Origin: Octopus vulgaris | Lineage: Eukaryota | Assembly: GCA_951406725.2 (NCBI GenBank) | Contig: OX597839.1 | Coordinates: 10,168,001 to 10,232,000, forward strand | DNA length: 64,000 nucleotides | Reading direction: 5' to 3' | In this document: piece after piece, positions 25,144-39,567 of the stretch | Numbering within the stretch: position 1 is the first letter of the stretch | How the letters are laid out: every line of letters begins with the position of its first letter | Notes under the pieces: model-generated | What the model was told of the DNA's origin: nothing | Seen by the model: the letters and a program-made list of their open reading frames with translations, nothing else | Database searches by the model: none | Position numbers and translations under genes: made by a program

Positions 25144-25928
25144 TATATATATATATATACATGTGTGCATGCGTATATGTGGCGCGGCTGCTATGATTTG
25201 TTCGTATGAATATATATATATATATATATATACGCATGCATGTATATATACGCGTGTACATTTGTATGTATATCTGTAAAAGTACGTATGTGTAGGTGTT
25301 TGATAAGAGCAAGGCGGCAGGTTTCCTCTCTGCTTATATCTCACTACAACACGGGTGTTTAAGTACACTGCAACAACAACAACAGCAGCAACAGATACCA
25401 TCAATACCCATACATATATACATACATACGTACGTACATACGCTAACAGACGCTATGAAAACAACACTAACGCCAACACCGGTTTGAATAACAGAAACAA
25501 ACAGCAATAACAACAGACAACAACATCCCTGAAGAGAAAAAAGTTCATTACACAATCGATGAATTCTGTGCCTCCTGGGAATTGCTATTGAGAAGTTGAT
25601 GGTGGTTTTATAGAGAAACTTATGACAGAAGACGTCTTGGTAGAAGAGTTTTGATGATAGAGACTGGGTTAGCGACAGACTGAGAGACAAGGCAGACGAA
25701 GAGGACCACCGGCTTTGATGCACTTACTAGGTATGACAACAGGAGACTAGTGTGGCAAATATATGCAGTGGTTAAATCTGTGACAGAAGCCATGTTGTTT
25801 GAAGAAGAACAGTTGTGGTGTTAGAAAGTGAGAGAGAAACGGAAGAGAAAAGACACAAATAGATAGAAAGAGACAGACAGAGCGGAACACGCAGAAAGAA
25901 AGCAAATGAGAGAGAGAAAGAGAGAGAG

Positions 25929-25965
<37 letters not shown>

Positions 25966-26077
25966 AAACCACCAACCTCAGTAGCTTTACTAACAACAAC
26001 AATAACAACAATAGTAGATTAGTTTCATTAACGTACGCTGTAGTTAATTAAGAACAGTAATTCTCTTGGTTCAGAGT

Positions 26078-26250
26078 GGGAGTGAGTCGATTACATCTAT
26101 CCCACTGCGTAACTGGCACTTAATTTATCGACCCCGAAAGGATGAAAGACAAAGTCGACCCCAACGGCATTTGAACTCAGAACGTGTAGACAGACGAAAT
26201 ACCGCGAAGCATTTCGTCCGGCGTGCTAACGATTCTGCCAGTTCGCCGCC

Positions 26251-26252
<2 letters not shown>
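26078..26252 (-). mobile_element. SINE family B
   Basis: Reverse complement of the family B head and domain. Confidence 0.85.
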
Positions 26253-26303
<51 letters not shown>

Positions 26304-26304
<1 letters not shown>

Positions 26305-27590
26305 GACATAAAAATCCGCAAGCTACTGACTTGTAATAAGATGCACCATCCAAAGGCTGACGTGGATCGCCTTTACCTTCCCAGAGCTCAGGGAGGTCGA
26401 GGTTTGATCCTGCTTGAACTTACATACAAAACCACCACAATCGGACTGGCCAAAATACCTTGAAACAACCAACGATTGGATGCTAAAACTTGTTGAAAAA
26501 CATGAAAGACTGAAAAAACTTCACTGTATTCTCAAAGAGAGCAAAAAATTCGCTGCTGATCTCTTAGATTGATCAGGCTGAAGGAAATGCGCCAACTGCA
26601 GCTGCAAAGAAAATAAAATTAATTGCAAAGACAAAAGCACATGAAAAATTAGCTAGCAGATGGGAACAGAAACCTCTCCATGGCAAGTATGTGGCCCGTA
26701 GCAAACAAGCTGATGTCGACCAGAAACACTCGCACCAATGGTTACGAAGCTCAGGGCTAAAAGCAGAGAGTGAAGGTTTCATATTAGCTGCTCAAGACCA
26801 AAGCTTATTAACCCGGCTCTACCAAGCCAATGTGATAAAAAATGGAGCTGACCCAAAATGCCGATTCTGTAACAATGAGATTGAAACAATAGACCACCTA
26901 ATTTCAGGGTGTAGAGTCTGCAGAATATAAAGCAAGACATGACAGAGTCGGCCAGTATTTACATTGGACAATATGTCGGCATTATAAAATCAAAACCGTT
27001 AACAAATGGTATAAACACCATCCTGAAGCTGTGACTGAGGGAGAAAATGTGTCGATTCTATGGGTCTTCCCCGTACAGACCGACAAAACTATAAAAGCTA
27101 ATAAACCGGATATTATTATAAAAGATCAGACAAAAAAGATGTGTTTATTAATTGACACGAGTATTCCTTGCGATCACAATATAGCGGCGAAAGAATTTGA
27201 TAAGATTAGTAAATATAAAGACTTGCTAATAGAAATTGAAAAAATGTGGCTCAAGGCGACTACAGTACCAGTGATTGTAGGATCTCTAGGAATGATAAAA
27301 AAAAGGTACTGAAACCTATTTGAAAACGATTCCAGGCTTACCATCCCTACAGGAAGTGCAAAAAATCGTATTAACTGGAACGGCTCATGTACTAAGAAGA
27401 GCATTATCCCTGTGAAAACAACATCCATCCATGAATTTATTTATTTTTAAATACATATTTTATCTGTGAATTTGCACGTGTAATCTGGGAATGCATACAA
27501 TGAGCTTCTCTGCCCTAGGTGTATGGAAAACACTCGGCGAGAAACGGAAGAAAATTTGAAGAAAGAAGGAAAGAAAATATTAATAATAAT
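26304..27590 (+). mobile_element. R4/Dong-clade LINE 3' part (CCHC finger plus restriction-like endonuclease) inserted in (TAA)n
   Basis: HPKADVDRLYLPR..GGRGL, LHGKY, ILAAQDQSL.TR, CRFC...ETIDHLISGC, RHD, NKPDIII, IDTSIP, KISKYKDL; frameshifted. Confidence 0.9.
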
Positions 27591-27930
27591 AAGAAAACAA
27601 CTATGACGATTTGAAGTAGGAAATATAACGGTTGTGGTCAATGAAGAGAGTAGACGTGATGCCAATAGTAATTGGTGTTCTTCCATCATACACAGCAAAA
27701 TAAGCTGGGAGTTTTCATCATATAATAAGTTGAGGACTCAATTTGCTCAAGTGCTCGTGGGTCATCTCCTGTGTGTAGGTGCGTGTGTTTGTGTGTGTGT
27801 ATGTGCACAAGCACATACACGTGTATACATATATATGTATATATATATATACATGCATATGTGAGAGTGTGTATTAATGTGTGTGTTTGTGTGCATAAGA
27901 GTGTGCTTGGGTGAGTGCGCGCGCGCGTGG

Positions 27931-27973
<43 letters not shown>

Positions 27974-28230
27974 CAACCATCTATTTCATGTATCCACCAA
28001 ACCTAAATCCCTCTGATGTAGAGCGAACCCTTCTAGCATTCATTACTTCAACAATGTATGACGAAAGCCGAGGGACCGCACTTCTCACACTGTTCCCTAG
28101 GGGCCCTGACACTCACTATCACCCCTAACACTTCTTCCTCAACCTCTTCTATTGTACAAGGTGTGCGGCAACTTTTAATCTCTTCCAGACTTTTCATTTC
28201 TTCATTATATACAAACCCACGCGCGCACAG

Positions 28231-28346
<116 letters not shown>

Positions 28347-28635
28347 TAAATATATATAAAAGCAAATAAATATATATGCATATATGTGTGTACGGAAGTG
28401 TGTGTGGGTGTGTACGTGTGTTATGTCAGTATGTATGTGTATGTGTGTATACGTATATATACATATATACATGCATGGGCATATACATACCTAACCTACA
28501 GATATGGAAAAATATATACGCAATTGATATATATATATATAACAAATGGAAAAAAAAAAATATATGAATGATACGTTTATACACTATATATATGCATATA
28601 TATGTGTATATATATATGTATGTAATATATATATA

Positions 28636-28670
<35 letters not shown>

Positions 28671-28681
28671 ATGTAAATATA

Positions 28682-28718
<37 letters not shown>

Positions 28719-29257
28719 TACATATACATGTTACATAGATATATGTGCGTACGTATATCTATGTGTGTGCATGTATGTCTATATATGTGTATATATACAT
28801 ACACAATGCATAGGCTCTATACACCACACCAGTTCTTACCATTAGACAGTAGTGTGCTTCCCTTAAGGAATTGCCTCCAATTAAAAACTGGTCAACCTTT
28901 TACTCCCATTTCTGTTCTCTCCTTGCTCCACTGATATCTTCATTTGTTCTTCCTTTCTTCTTCTGTTTCCTCGTTTTCTTTTCTTTCATTCTTCTCTTCT
29001 TTATCCTCGCCTTCTCATCCACGTCCTTCATTTCCTTCTCATTTTTTCTTTCGTTTTTCCTCCGCATCTCCCCTTTTTTTCCTTTGTCGTCTTCTTCTTC
29101 TTTTTCTTCTTCTTCTTCTTCTTCTTCTTCTTCTTCTTCTTCTTCTTCTTCTTCTTCTTCTTCTTCTTCTTCTATTTCTTCTTCTTCTTCTTCTTCTTCT
29201 TCTGCTTATTATTATTATTATTATTATTATTTGTAGTAGTAGTAGTAGTAGTAGTAA

Positions 29258-29467
29258 GGCTGAGAGCTGGCAGAATCGTTAGTTTACTGAGCAAAACGCT
29301 TAGCGGCATTTCGTCTTCAGGTTCTGAGTTCAAATTCCGCCGTTGTCGACTTTGTCTTTCATCTTTTCGGGGTCGATAAGTTAAGTACCAGTTGTGTACA
29401 GGAGTCGATCTAATCGATTGGCCCCCTCCCTCAAAATTTCAGGCCTCGTGCCTATAGTAGAAAGGAT
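29258..29467 (+). mobile_element. SINE family B
   Basis: Family B head and domain with (ATT)n tail. Confidence 0.85.
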
Positions 29468-29563
29468 TATTATTATTATTATTATTATTATTGACGTAAC
29501 TCTTCACAAAGGTAAAGAGGCAAAACGAAGAGCGTGTTGCGATAGCAATAGATATTTTATTGG

Positions 29564-29876
29564 TTGAACGATATTTATTTTTCAATTTCTGATTCGTATA
29601 TGAATGGTACAAAATCAATTGGTCCAGGATTGGGCTCAACACTGGGGTCCACTGAATAAGATTTGGAACATTTAGAAATTCTGAAAGTTACCAAAACAGC
29701 CGGATGTCTAAGGAAAATAGTAATGTAAATTACAGCCTTTGCGTTTCATTCCCTCTTACGGTTGGCTTGTCAACCCTGTTAGTTTCGCTAGATCCCAGTG
29801 TTGACCTCAATCCTGGGCCAATGGATTTTGTACCATTCAGCTACCAATCAGAAACTGAGAAATAAATATCGCTCAA
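29564..29876. repeat. Diverged inverted repeat / foldback MITE (arms 29564-29649 and 29791-29876)
   Basis: ttgaacgatatttattttt...tgaatggtacaaaatc...actggggtc versus its reverse complement, with scattered mismatches. Confidence 0.8.
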
Positions 29877-29879
29877 AAA

Positions 29880-30203
29880 GTCCCTGAATAAGGATTATTT
29901 AAGGATGTTGGATGAAACACCCATGTTTCTAGATGTGAATTATCCAAACTCCAAAGAATTCCTTTCAACACATGGCTATGATGCTCCCCAACTACTTCTT
30001 CTCGTGATCAGAGATGCACATGGTCAGTTACTAAGGGACATGCTCAACTGGTTATGGTCAAACAACTGACAAGCAAATCTGTGGCATTGAGCAGAATATT
30101 TGCTGTAGCCCATCTTTTATACCAAGACAAAACAATTTACACTTCCAGTCAGTTAAGATCAGAAGGCATGAGAGCCACTGTCTGGTACTGCACCAGAGCA
30201 TTT
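29880..30203 (+). mobile_element. Unclassified interspersed repeat ending at a trinucleotide tract; inverted copy at 54503-54840
   Basis: Two dispersed copies clearly alignable; orientation inferred from the tail. Confidence 0.65.
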
Positions 30204-30224
30204 ATCATCATCATCATTATTATA

Positions 30225-30977
30225 TGTGTGACTTTGCTTTGTATTTGTTCGAGTTGACTCCAAGTCTCACCCAGAGACCTCACGAGACAAGTTAGAAGTT
30301 CATGTTGGTATTATGCCTAGGGTATCATATATTTGGTTTCGCACATCGTATTGTTCTAGAGAATGTTTAAGAAAACATAAGAAAATTATAAGTTTGTTTT
30401 AAAATTTGAACTCAAAACGTAAAAGACGGATGAAATGCCGCTAAGCATTTTGTCCGGCGTGCTAACAATTCTGCCAGCACGCCGCTTGAAACGAATAGCA
30501 AACAGCATAGACAGTATTTTATGTAGGCAGTTCCCATAAGTACTATCTTTTAAATTTCGCCAATTTGGGGTTTCCTCGTATCTGAGCTAGGTAGGAATCA
30601 GCCCTTTTTCCTATCATTCTTCGGGCACCTATGACAACAGGTATTGTTTTAGTCTTGAGGTTCCACATTTTGCCAATTTCTGTGCTCAGTTTTCGGTAGG
30701 TCTTGACAGATACGTTTATGTCGATTGGGACAGTTATATCAATGCGGAGGCATGGTTTTTGTCTGAAGTCTTTCAATGTAATTTCTCGTCTGTTCGCACC
30801 CATCTTTCTGTTAGTTGGAACGGTGACATTTCAGAGGAGTGAGATGTGATCATTTTCAAGCACTGGAGGTGGTTTGTGTTCCCACCAGATTTTATTATGG
30901 AGTAAGTCCAGGTTTTTGCAAATTACCCAGTGAATATACTGTGCTGCCCTATCATGCCTGCTGAGATACTCTGTAGC
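30225..30977 (-). mobile_element. R4/Dong-clade LINE 3' part
   Basis: EYLSRHDRAAQYIHW, IDITVPID, KMWNLKTKTIPVVIGA. Confidence 0.85.
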
Positions 30978-31208
30978 CTTGGTAGTGGATTTGGTAGACG
31001 GAAAGTGAAGGAAACCCGTCGTATGTGTGAGTGTGTGTGTGTTTGTGTGTCTTTGTCTCCCCACCATCGCTTGACAACCGATGTTGGTGTGTTTACGTCC
31101 CCGTAACAGCGATTCGGCAAAAAGAGAGTGATAGAATAAATACTAGGCTTACAGTGAATGAGTCTTGAGGTCGATTTGTTCGACTGAAGTGAGGGGACAA
31201 ATACAGAC

Positions 31209-31294
<86 letters not shown>

Positions 31295-31457
31295 GACGGG
31301 CTTCTTTCAGTTTCCGTCTACTAAATCTACTCACAAGGCTTTTGTCGACCCGTGGCTATAGTAGAAGACACTTGCCCGTGGTGCGACGCAGTGGGACTGA
31401 ACTCAGAACTATGTGGCTGGTAAGCAAGCAACTTACCGCACAGCCATTCCTGCGCCT
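30978..31457 (-). mobile_element. SINE family A pieces (head on minus at 31294-31457; additional plus-strand pieces at 30978-31190)
   Basis: Family A sequence in mixed orientation around a (CA)n tract. Confidence 0.7.
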
Positions 31458-31512
31458 ATATATATATATATATACATACATACATACATACATACATACA
31501 CACACACATACA

Positions 31513-31545
<33 letters not shown>

Positions 31546-31635
31546 GCATAGGTATATAGATACATATATAAATGTATATACAGGTATGTGTACATATATG
31601 TATTCATGTACCTACATATGTGCCTAAATGATGTG

Positions 31636-31667
<32 letters not shown>

Positions 31668-31935
31668 TGTATGTTTCTTTGTGGGTGTATGTAACAACAG
31701 AAAAGATATCAAAATTAAAACGGGTCAAACGAACGACAAGTCACGGTTGGTGGACCTTGAAAATGGTTCGTCCCACCCCCATCTTTACGTTGTGAATCTT
31801 CATATAGAGTTAGTCTCTGTGGGGACACACAGCACTGGCACCAGAATTTGCCAGGCTCCCACTAATCTATGGGGAATGAAAGGTTTTTGGATGTGTGTGT
31901 GTGTGAGTGTATGTGCACGCGCACGATGTGTGTTC

Positions 31936-32016
<81 letters not shown>

Positions 32017-32066
32017 TATGTATATGTGTGTGTGTGTGTGAATGTATGTATATATGTGTATGTATG

Positions 32067-32100
<34 letters not shown>

Positions 32101-32126
32101 TGTATGTATGTATGAATGTATGTATG

Positions 32127-32169
<43 letters not shown>

Positions 32170-32272
32170 GTGTGTGTATTTATGTATGTGTATGCATACA
32201 TAAATACACAGACGGACAGACACATAACGGTTTTTCTTTTATATATATATGTATATATATACATATGCACAT

Positions 32273-32327
<55 letters not shown>

Positions 32328-33215
32328 AATTCTGATTATGTTGAAAACAAAAGTTGTAGTGATGGTCACGAAAGATATGCGCTTGACTGGATCGCTTCAT
32401 GGTAATTTATTTCGTCCCTTTTGAGCTTTTCAGGCCCCAAATTCCTTCCTATGGCGGTGAGAGCGTGCGAAGTAGGCGTTGCTTTTTGTCTCGTGATTGC
32501 AGGCTGGGCAGGCATGTCTTATGAAATAGAAAAGGGAAAGGGCTAATGTAGGGATTAAGAAAATATAAAATAAAATGTAAATGAAACAAATAAAACTCTA
32601 GAATATTCATTAAAATTACCCGTAACGAGGAGAATATATTAGTTAGTTCAATAATTAATTCTGATTAATGAAAAGGTGAGAGTAATACTTGAATTTAAAT
32701 TAATTTGAAATCTATTTAAAATAGAATTAGAATTTTTCCATGTAGTCCGTAGAGAATTTGATATTTGGTAAGGTGATAACTCCGATATGTTCCAGTGTTA
32801 TTAATCCTTGTCAGTGAAATGTAAAGTATTAAACGAAAAAGCAATCAAAAGTACAACGACGCCAACAACAACAATATTCCATCATCATTTATCAAAGTTA
32901 CAGAAAAAAGGTCAGATCGAGAAAAAAATATTGGAGAATATAATGTATGTTACAAAAGATAGTGCCTCCTTGCTCGATATATTTTTTGCAGGAAAATGAA
33001 TGAATGTAACACACCTATGGTTTCCAGACATTCAATGACTCTTCCATTTGGCCCAGAAAGAAAAGTTGGATGAAATCACGCCCAACGTGCAACGGAATGA
33101 CCCCATTGACCGGGTTCACTAACATTAAGAACCAGTCAAGTACTTTTATCGACTTACATCTTCTACTCAAAACTGCTGGCTTTGTGCTTAAGTCATCATC
33201 ATCATCAGCTGCTGC

Positions 33216-33261
<46 letters not shown>

Positions 33262-33284
33262 TCGTGCCTTGCCCCAGTTCGCGT

Positions 33285-33790
33285 TTAGCCAGACTGGAGC
33301 ATTTACTTTTCCGCTTCCTGTGAAAAAAAAAAGGCTTTCCGCCGGTCAGGCCATCCTTTCAGCGCTCTCAGGGAAGTGGGCTTGACGTGCTATGGCAGCT
33401 AACGCGCAGACCCACTCTGTAGCTGCATTACCTACAGATTTTTCTGCGTGGTGAGCAGATGTAATCTCCGTTTGTAAGATACACTTTTTCATAGCTCATC
33501 TCTTTGAAGCAGTCCTGTGTCAAGAAAAGATCACGATTGGGCGCCGAATGAGGCAGGGATGGTCCGAGTGAACGGGCCTAGTCTAAGCATGCACCTTTAC
33601 AATGAAGAAAGAGGAAGAGGAAAGATCACTTGCCCTAGTGGTTTGGGCGACCGTAGTTCTGTAGAGTTTCTATAGGCAGCCCCCAGAAGCCTCTCTCTTA
33701 TAGGGAATTATTTATTATTGAAATTTATTGCTACTCTTGTTCTTTTTACACGATCATTTTTTGTATAGTCCTGCACTGTCCAAATATTAT
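33285..33790 (+). mobile_element. Degenerate Tx1/L1-clade LINE 3' end
   Basis: Similar to 23000-23520 (gtccg.gt.aacgggccta, cttg..ctagtggt.ggg). Confidence 0.6.
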
Positions 33791-33821
33791 CATTGTTATT
33801 ATTATCAGTTAGTGCGGTGGG

Positions 33822-34181
33822 TCAAATGCTAAGCGGTATTTCGTCCGCTTTCACGTTCTGAATTAAAATTTGCCTTTCATCCTTTTGGGATCGATGAAAT
33901 AAGTACCAATTACGCACTGGGATATGAAATCGACTGGACCCCTCCTCAAAATTCCAAGCCTTCTGCTTATAGTAGAAAGGATTGTTATTATTATAAAAAT
34001 TAAAGCGGCGAGCTGGCAGGGTCGTTAGTGCCGCGGGTAAAATACTTAGCGGCATTTCGTCCCATTCTTTGATCCTATTCCTTTTCGGGGTCAATAAATC
34101 AAGTACCAGTTGATCCTGGCGTCGGTGTAATCGACTTACCCCTCCCCTGAAACTTCTGGCCTTGTGCCAAAATTTGAAACC

Positions 34182-34230
<49 letters not shown>

Positions 34231-34233
34231 TAC

Positions 34234-34274
<41 letters not shown>

Positions 34275-34506
34275 GTAGTAGTAGTAGTAGTAGTAAGGCG
34301 GCGAGCTTGCAGAATCGTTAGCACGCTGCACGATATGCTTAGCAGTATTTATTTAGCCAGTCGCAACGTTCTGAGTTCAAATTCCGCTGAGGTCGACTTT
34401 GCCTTTCATCTTTTTGGGGTCGATAAATTAAGTACTAGTGAAACACTGGGGTCGATGTAATCGACTAGTCCCTTCCCCCAAAATCTGAGGTCCTCTGCCT
34501 CCAGTT
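33822..34506 (+). mobile_element. Cluster of three family B SINEs separated by (ATT)n
   Basis: Copies at about 33822-33982, 34005-34182 and 34297-34506. Confidence 0.8.
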
Positions 34507-35093
34507 GATGATGATGTTTTTGTTTTTGTTTTCGTTATTTTTGTTGAAAGGAAATATAAGTCTAGAACACGCTAATTCGAAAAGAAGAGGTCTTTAGTGC
34601 AGGAAGTTATGCAGAAGATGGCGATGACGTCGACGACGATAATGACGATGATGACGATGACGATGATATTGTGATGACAGCGGGCGGAGGTGGGGGGCGA
34701 AATTGTGAGAAAAGGAGACGAATGTCAGAGACACGAATAGTTTGCAATATCTACAAGAACGACAACAAAGACAACAACAACAACAGTGTCACTGAGATGA
34801 GACCTCCATCAAGAAGCGACGGCTGAACCTGGGGTCAGAAGAAAACAATGGAACATTCCACAGCAGAAGATCAGTAAGGTCCGTCTGTAAAACAGTGACG
34901 TAGAATCTATGATTTAGTGAGGGTCATATGACATGTCATACAGTACAGATGTTGAATAGGGGCGGCGGTGGTAATGGCTGTAGTGATGGTGATAGATTGT
35001 TATATAACCCGGGTTGTGTAAGGGTAGTTTTGTGTGCATATATATATGTATGTGTCTGTGTGTGTGCATGTGTATGTGTGTAAGTATGTGTGC

Positions 35094-35138
<45 letters not shown>

Positions 35139-35394
35139 TATACACATATATACGTGCATACACACACAGAAACACTTTCATACCACAGTTACTCATGCAC
35201 ATAAGAACCTAAAAAATTTATATTCATATCCCGTCGTTATTCTACGCACGTATACATACATACATACATACATATAAATGGAAGATTCTTACGGTAGTAG
35301 AAAAGGAATTTTAAACTCCTATTTGTAAATTCGGTATGTGGTAAAGCAATTAGCTGGGCCCTAATTATAATTATGTTTATAATTATAGAATATT

Positions 35395-35484
<90 letters not shown>

Positions 35485-35895
35485 ACCTCCATCAAAGTAA
35501 TTCAATTAATAGTGAAAGATATTGTCTATAATAAAATATTAATTTAAATATACCATTAATATTGTACTAAAAATTACTATACTAAATAATACGCATTAAG
35601 TCAACTATATATATACATGCATGTATATATGTATGTATATGCATTTATGTATGTATGTACTATGTATGCATGCACTTGTGTATGTTTTTTTTTTCTTTGA
35701 GTTTTATTTGAGTCCTTCTTATGAGAGTACAAAGCTGTCGCTAACAAAGCGACTAGACTTTTAGAGCTAAGAGAGATCTCGGTGTTTGTAAATTTGTGGT
35801 TGAGTTGGTCGAAGACCGAAGTGCATGCATCTATTCATCTAAAGGATCTCAGATGGAAAATCTTTTGTACGTCTTACAAATCTTCGCTGTACCGC

Positions 35896-35948
<53 letters not shown>

Positions 35949-36047
35949 TTTATTTTAAGCAGCAGTGCTTAAAATAAAGCATATTACTCTACCACTGGTA
36001 TTTGAGTACTCTTTTTTCCACCTTGTTTCACATTTATGTGTTTACTC

Positions 36048-36097
<50 letters not shown>

Positions 36098-36291
36098 TAG
36101 GTGAATGAATTATCCTAGTATGGATAATTCGGTTAATCGATACCTGGGTAGCAAATTCACGTCAGAAAACACGGTTGAAGCAACATGCCAAGGGCAAAAC
36201 CCCGTGTTCTTGTGTGGAAATTTGTGTGTTTTTTTTATATGAATAAATGAAAAGAATGGAGTCGAACGAAGATTTTAACAAAATTCCTTTA

Positions 36292-36374
36292 CTTTCGACA
36301 CATGTTTCGAAGACTGCATATTCTTAATTCCGAAGGAATAAAGTGTGCATTATGCCGTCTTCTCTTCAGGAAAG
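36292..36374 (-). ncRNA. Type-I hammerhead ribozyme, canonical core, predicted GUC cleavage between 36297 and 36296
   Basis: Minus strand: CTTTC-CTGAAGA-GAAGAC(g)GCATA...TATGC(a)GTCTTC-GAAA-CA tg TG-TC-GAAAG; helices I, II and III all pair. Confidence 0.85.
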
Positions 36375-36422
36375 ACAAGGAGCCTCTATCAGTCTCACGA
36401 CGAACAAAAACTATATATATAT

Positions 36423-36717
36423 GGAGGTGCAATGGCCCAGTGGTTAAGGCAGCGGACACGCGGTCGTAGGTTTGCGATTTCGATTCCCAGACCGGGCGTT
36501 GTGAGTGTTTATTGAGCGAAAACACCTAAAGCTCCACGAGTCTCCGGCAGGGTGGGGGGCGGTCCCTGCTGTACTCTTTCGCCACAACATTCTCTCGTTC
36601 TTTCTTCTGTTGGCCTGCTCGCTTAGCCAGCGGGGTGGCGTCATTCGAAGGCTAAAATAATGCGAAGCACATTGTGACCAGCGATTTATAGCAACATCTG
36701 ATAGCCTAGTCACGTGA
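36423..36717 (+). mobile_element. tRNA-derived SINE family D, full length
   Basis: A-box tggcccagtgg, B-box ttcgattccc; homologous to 15097-15318 and 59715-60000. Confidence 0.85.
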
Positions 36718-37391
36718 TATATATATAATATGTAACCATACACAGGTGGTGTAAGGAACATATTTTTATTCAATTGAAATTTTACATTTTAAATGTAAAG
36801 AAATGACAGTGTTGATAAAAATTCAACTCTAAGGAATCGGAAAAGCGAGAGAACTTCTAAAATTTCAGTCACCCAAAACAGATTATGTACGGGCATTCTT
36901 TGTTCTTCTATATATTTGTGGAGGTGATGTTATTAAGGAGTACAACGTGGTGAATATTCTGATTACTGTGACTTCTTTGCCGCTTTGCCCCAGCTAATTT
37001 CGAGGCAAGTAATCATTGTCAGCACCCTCATCATCATCGCCGACGTCGTCATCGTCATCGTCATTAACATCATCATCCTCATCAACATCACTATTGTTAC
37101 CATCATCGTCTCCATCACGAACATGTTCTGCATCGCCGCCAACGAGACTGCCGTCAATCCTACGGCGGTGACCATTACCACTACCGCCATCTTATACAAG
37201 GAGCAGAAACACATAGATACAAACAGACACATGCGCTTATACACTCACATATACATATACACGCATATACATACATGCATTAGTTACCCAACTGAGACGG
37301 TTCTGTCGAAAAATTCTCTTCTGGAGTTTCAATTAATTTCGGTAATGGCCTTCCTCGTCCCCATATACTGTCTTTCTTTCTATCTATCTTC

Positions 37392-37458
<67 letters not shown>

Positions 37459-37510
37459 CAAGCATACACATATATACATGTATACACATAAATGTATGTA
37501 TGCATGTGCC

Positions 37511-37547
<37 letters not shown>

Positions 37548-37656
37548 CGTATATATATATATATATTCTTCCTTTTCTTGTGCCTTCTCCCCCAGAGCTC
37601 GTTTTTCTTCGTACACTATTATGCACACAAACATATACACACAGAGTGACAGATAC

Positions 37657-37726
<70 letters not shown>

Positions 37727-37825
37727 TGGTAGGTATGTTGATAGATTAATAGAGGTACATACACACACACAGATATATAAAATACATGCATTCATACAGA
37801 TATTTTTATATATGTATGCGTGTTT

Positions 37826-37877
<52 letters not shown>

Positions 37878-37915
37878 CATATATACACATACACACACAC
37901 ACATATATAAATATA

Positions 37916-37957
<42 letters not shown>

Positions 37958-38050
37958 AATATCATGCGTGTATGTATACCAAATTACACCCTAATGACAT
38001 TAAGTCAAAACAACAGATCACGTTACTTAATATATATCATTGTCTAGATG

Positions 38051-38130
<80 letters not shown>

Positions 38131-38298
38131 TTCTCTCTCTCTATCTCTCTCTCTTTCCCTGACTCTTTCTCTTTCCTTATCTCTCTTTCACGCTTTTTCT
38201 TCTTTTTCTTTCTCACTCTCATTCACTCCGCTCACCTCTGACATAATCTTCTTTACAATAAACCATACTCTATCACTGTCTATTTCTCCATCTGTACA

Positions 38299-38350
<52 letters not shown>

Positions 38351-38389
38351 TACGTGCATGTGTGTGTGTGTGAATTTGTGTGTGAGTGT

Positions 38390-38811
38390 GCGTCTTTGTG
38401 TCTCTGTTTGTCCCCCACCATCGCTTGATAACCGATGCTGGTGTGTTTATGTCCCCGTAAATTAGTGGTTCCGCCAAAGGGAACGACAGAATAAGTACCA
38501 GGTTTTAAAAAAAAAAAGAAGTCTTGGGGGTCGATTCATTCGAGTAAAACCTTTCAAGACGGTGCCCCAGTATGACTGCAAGCCAATGACTGAAACAAGT
38601 GAAAGATAAAAGATAAAAAGCTGAATAAATGAATAAATAAGGCGCAGGAGTGGCTGTGTGATAAGTAGCTTGCTTACCAACCACATGGTTCCGGGATCAG
38701 TTCCACTGCGTGGCATCTTGGGCAAGTGTTTTCTGGTATAGCTTCGGGCCGACCAAAGCTTTGTGAGTGGATTTAGTAGACGGAAACTGAAAGAAGCCTG
38801 TCATATATATG

Positions 38812-38884
<73 letters not shown>

Positions 38885-39100
38885 TTGTATATGTTTGTGT
38901 GTCTGTGTTTGTCCCCCTAGTATTGCTTGACAACCGATGCTAGTGTGTTTACCTCCCCGTCACTTAGCGGTTCGGCAAAAGAGACCAATAGAATAAGTAC
39001 TGGGCTTACAAAGAATAAGTCCCGGGGTCGATGTGATTCGACTAAAGGCGGTGCTCCAGCATGGCCACAGTCAACTGACTGAAACAAGTAAAAGAGTAAA
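38390..39100 (+). mobile_element. Two family A SINEs (3' half at 38390-38620; full copy at 38641-39100)
   Basis: Family A consensus. Confidence 0.9.
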
Positions 39101-39224
39101 TACTGGAACTTTGAGATTAAGAAGAACATAGTGAACAGTGTAAACGAACGTTCAATATCGCTGTAACGCTATGAAAACTAACCAGATTGCATAGGAAGCC
39201 ATCCTCCTCAATAAGGATATTGAC

Positions 39225-39437
39225 TTCAAATTTTGGCGCAAGGCCAGCAAGTTCAGGGGAAGGGGTAAGTCGATTACATCGACAATAGTGTTCAACTAGT
39301 GCTTATTCTATCGACCCCCCCAAAGAATGAACAGTAAAGTCGACCTCAGCGGAAATTGAACTCAGAATGTGACGACCGACGAAATGCCGCTAAGCATTTT
39401 ATCCGGTGTTCTCACTATTCTGCCAGCTTGACGCCTT
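39225..39437 (-). mobile_element. SINE family B
   Basis: Reverse complement of family B. Confidence 0.75.
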
Positions 39438-39567
39438 CTCTTCAACAAAAATATTGATAATATTTTTTCAATAAAAGTAATATAAAAAATCTTACATTCT
39501 ACAACCCCCTAACTTCGAGCAGAACTCTACTAACAAAATCCTTCCAAAATTTAATAAACATAGGTTC

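Noticed and set aside
28008-28075. tccct-CTGATGT...GAAA-gccg-aggga hammerhead-like pattern
   Set aside because: A9 is wrong, there is no UH cleavage site, and helix II does not adjoin the core.
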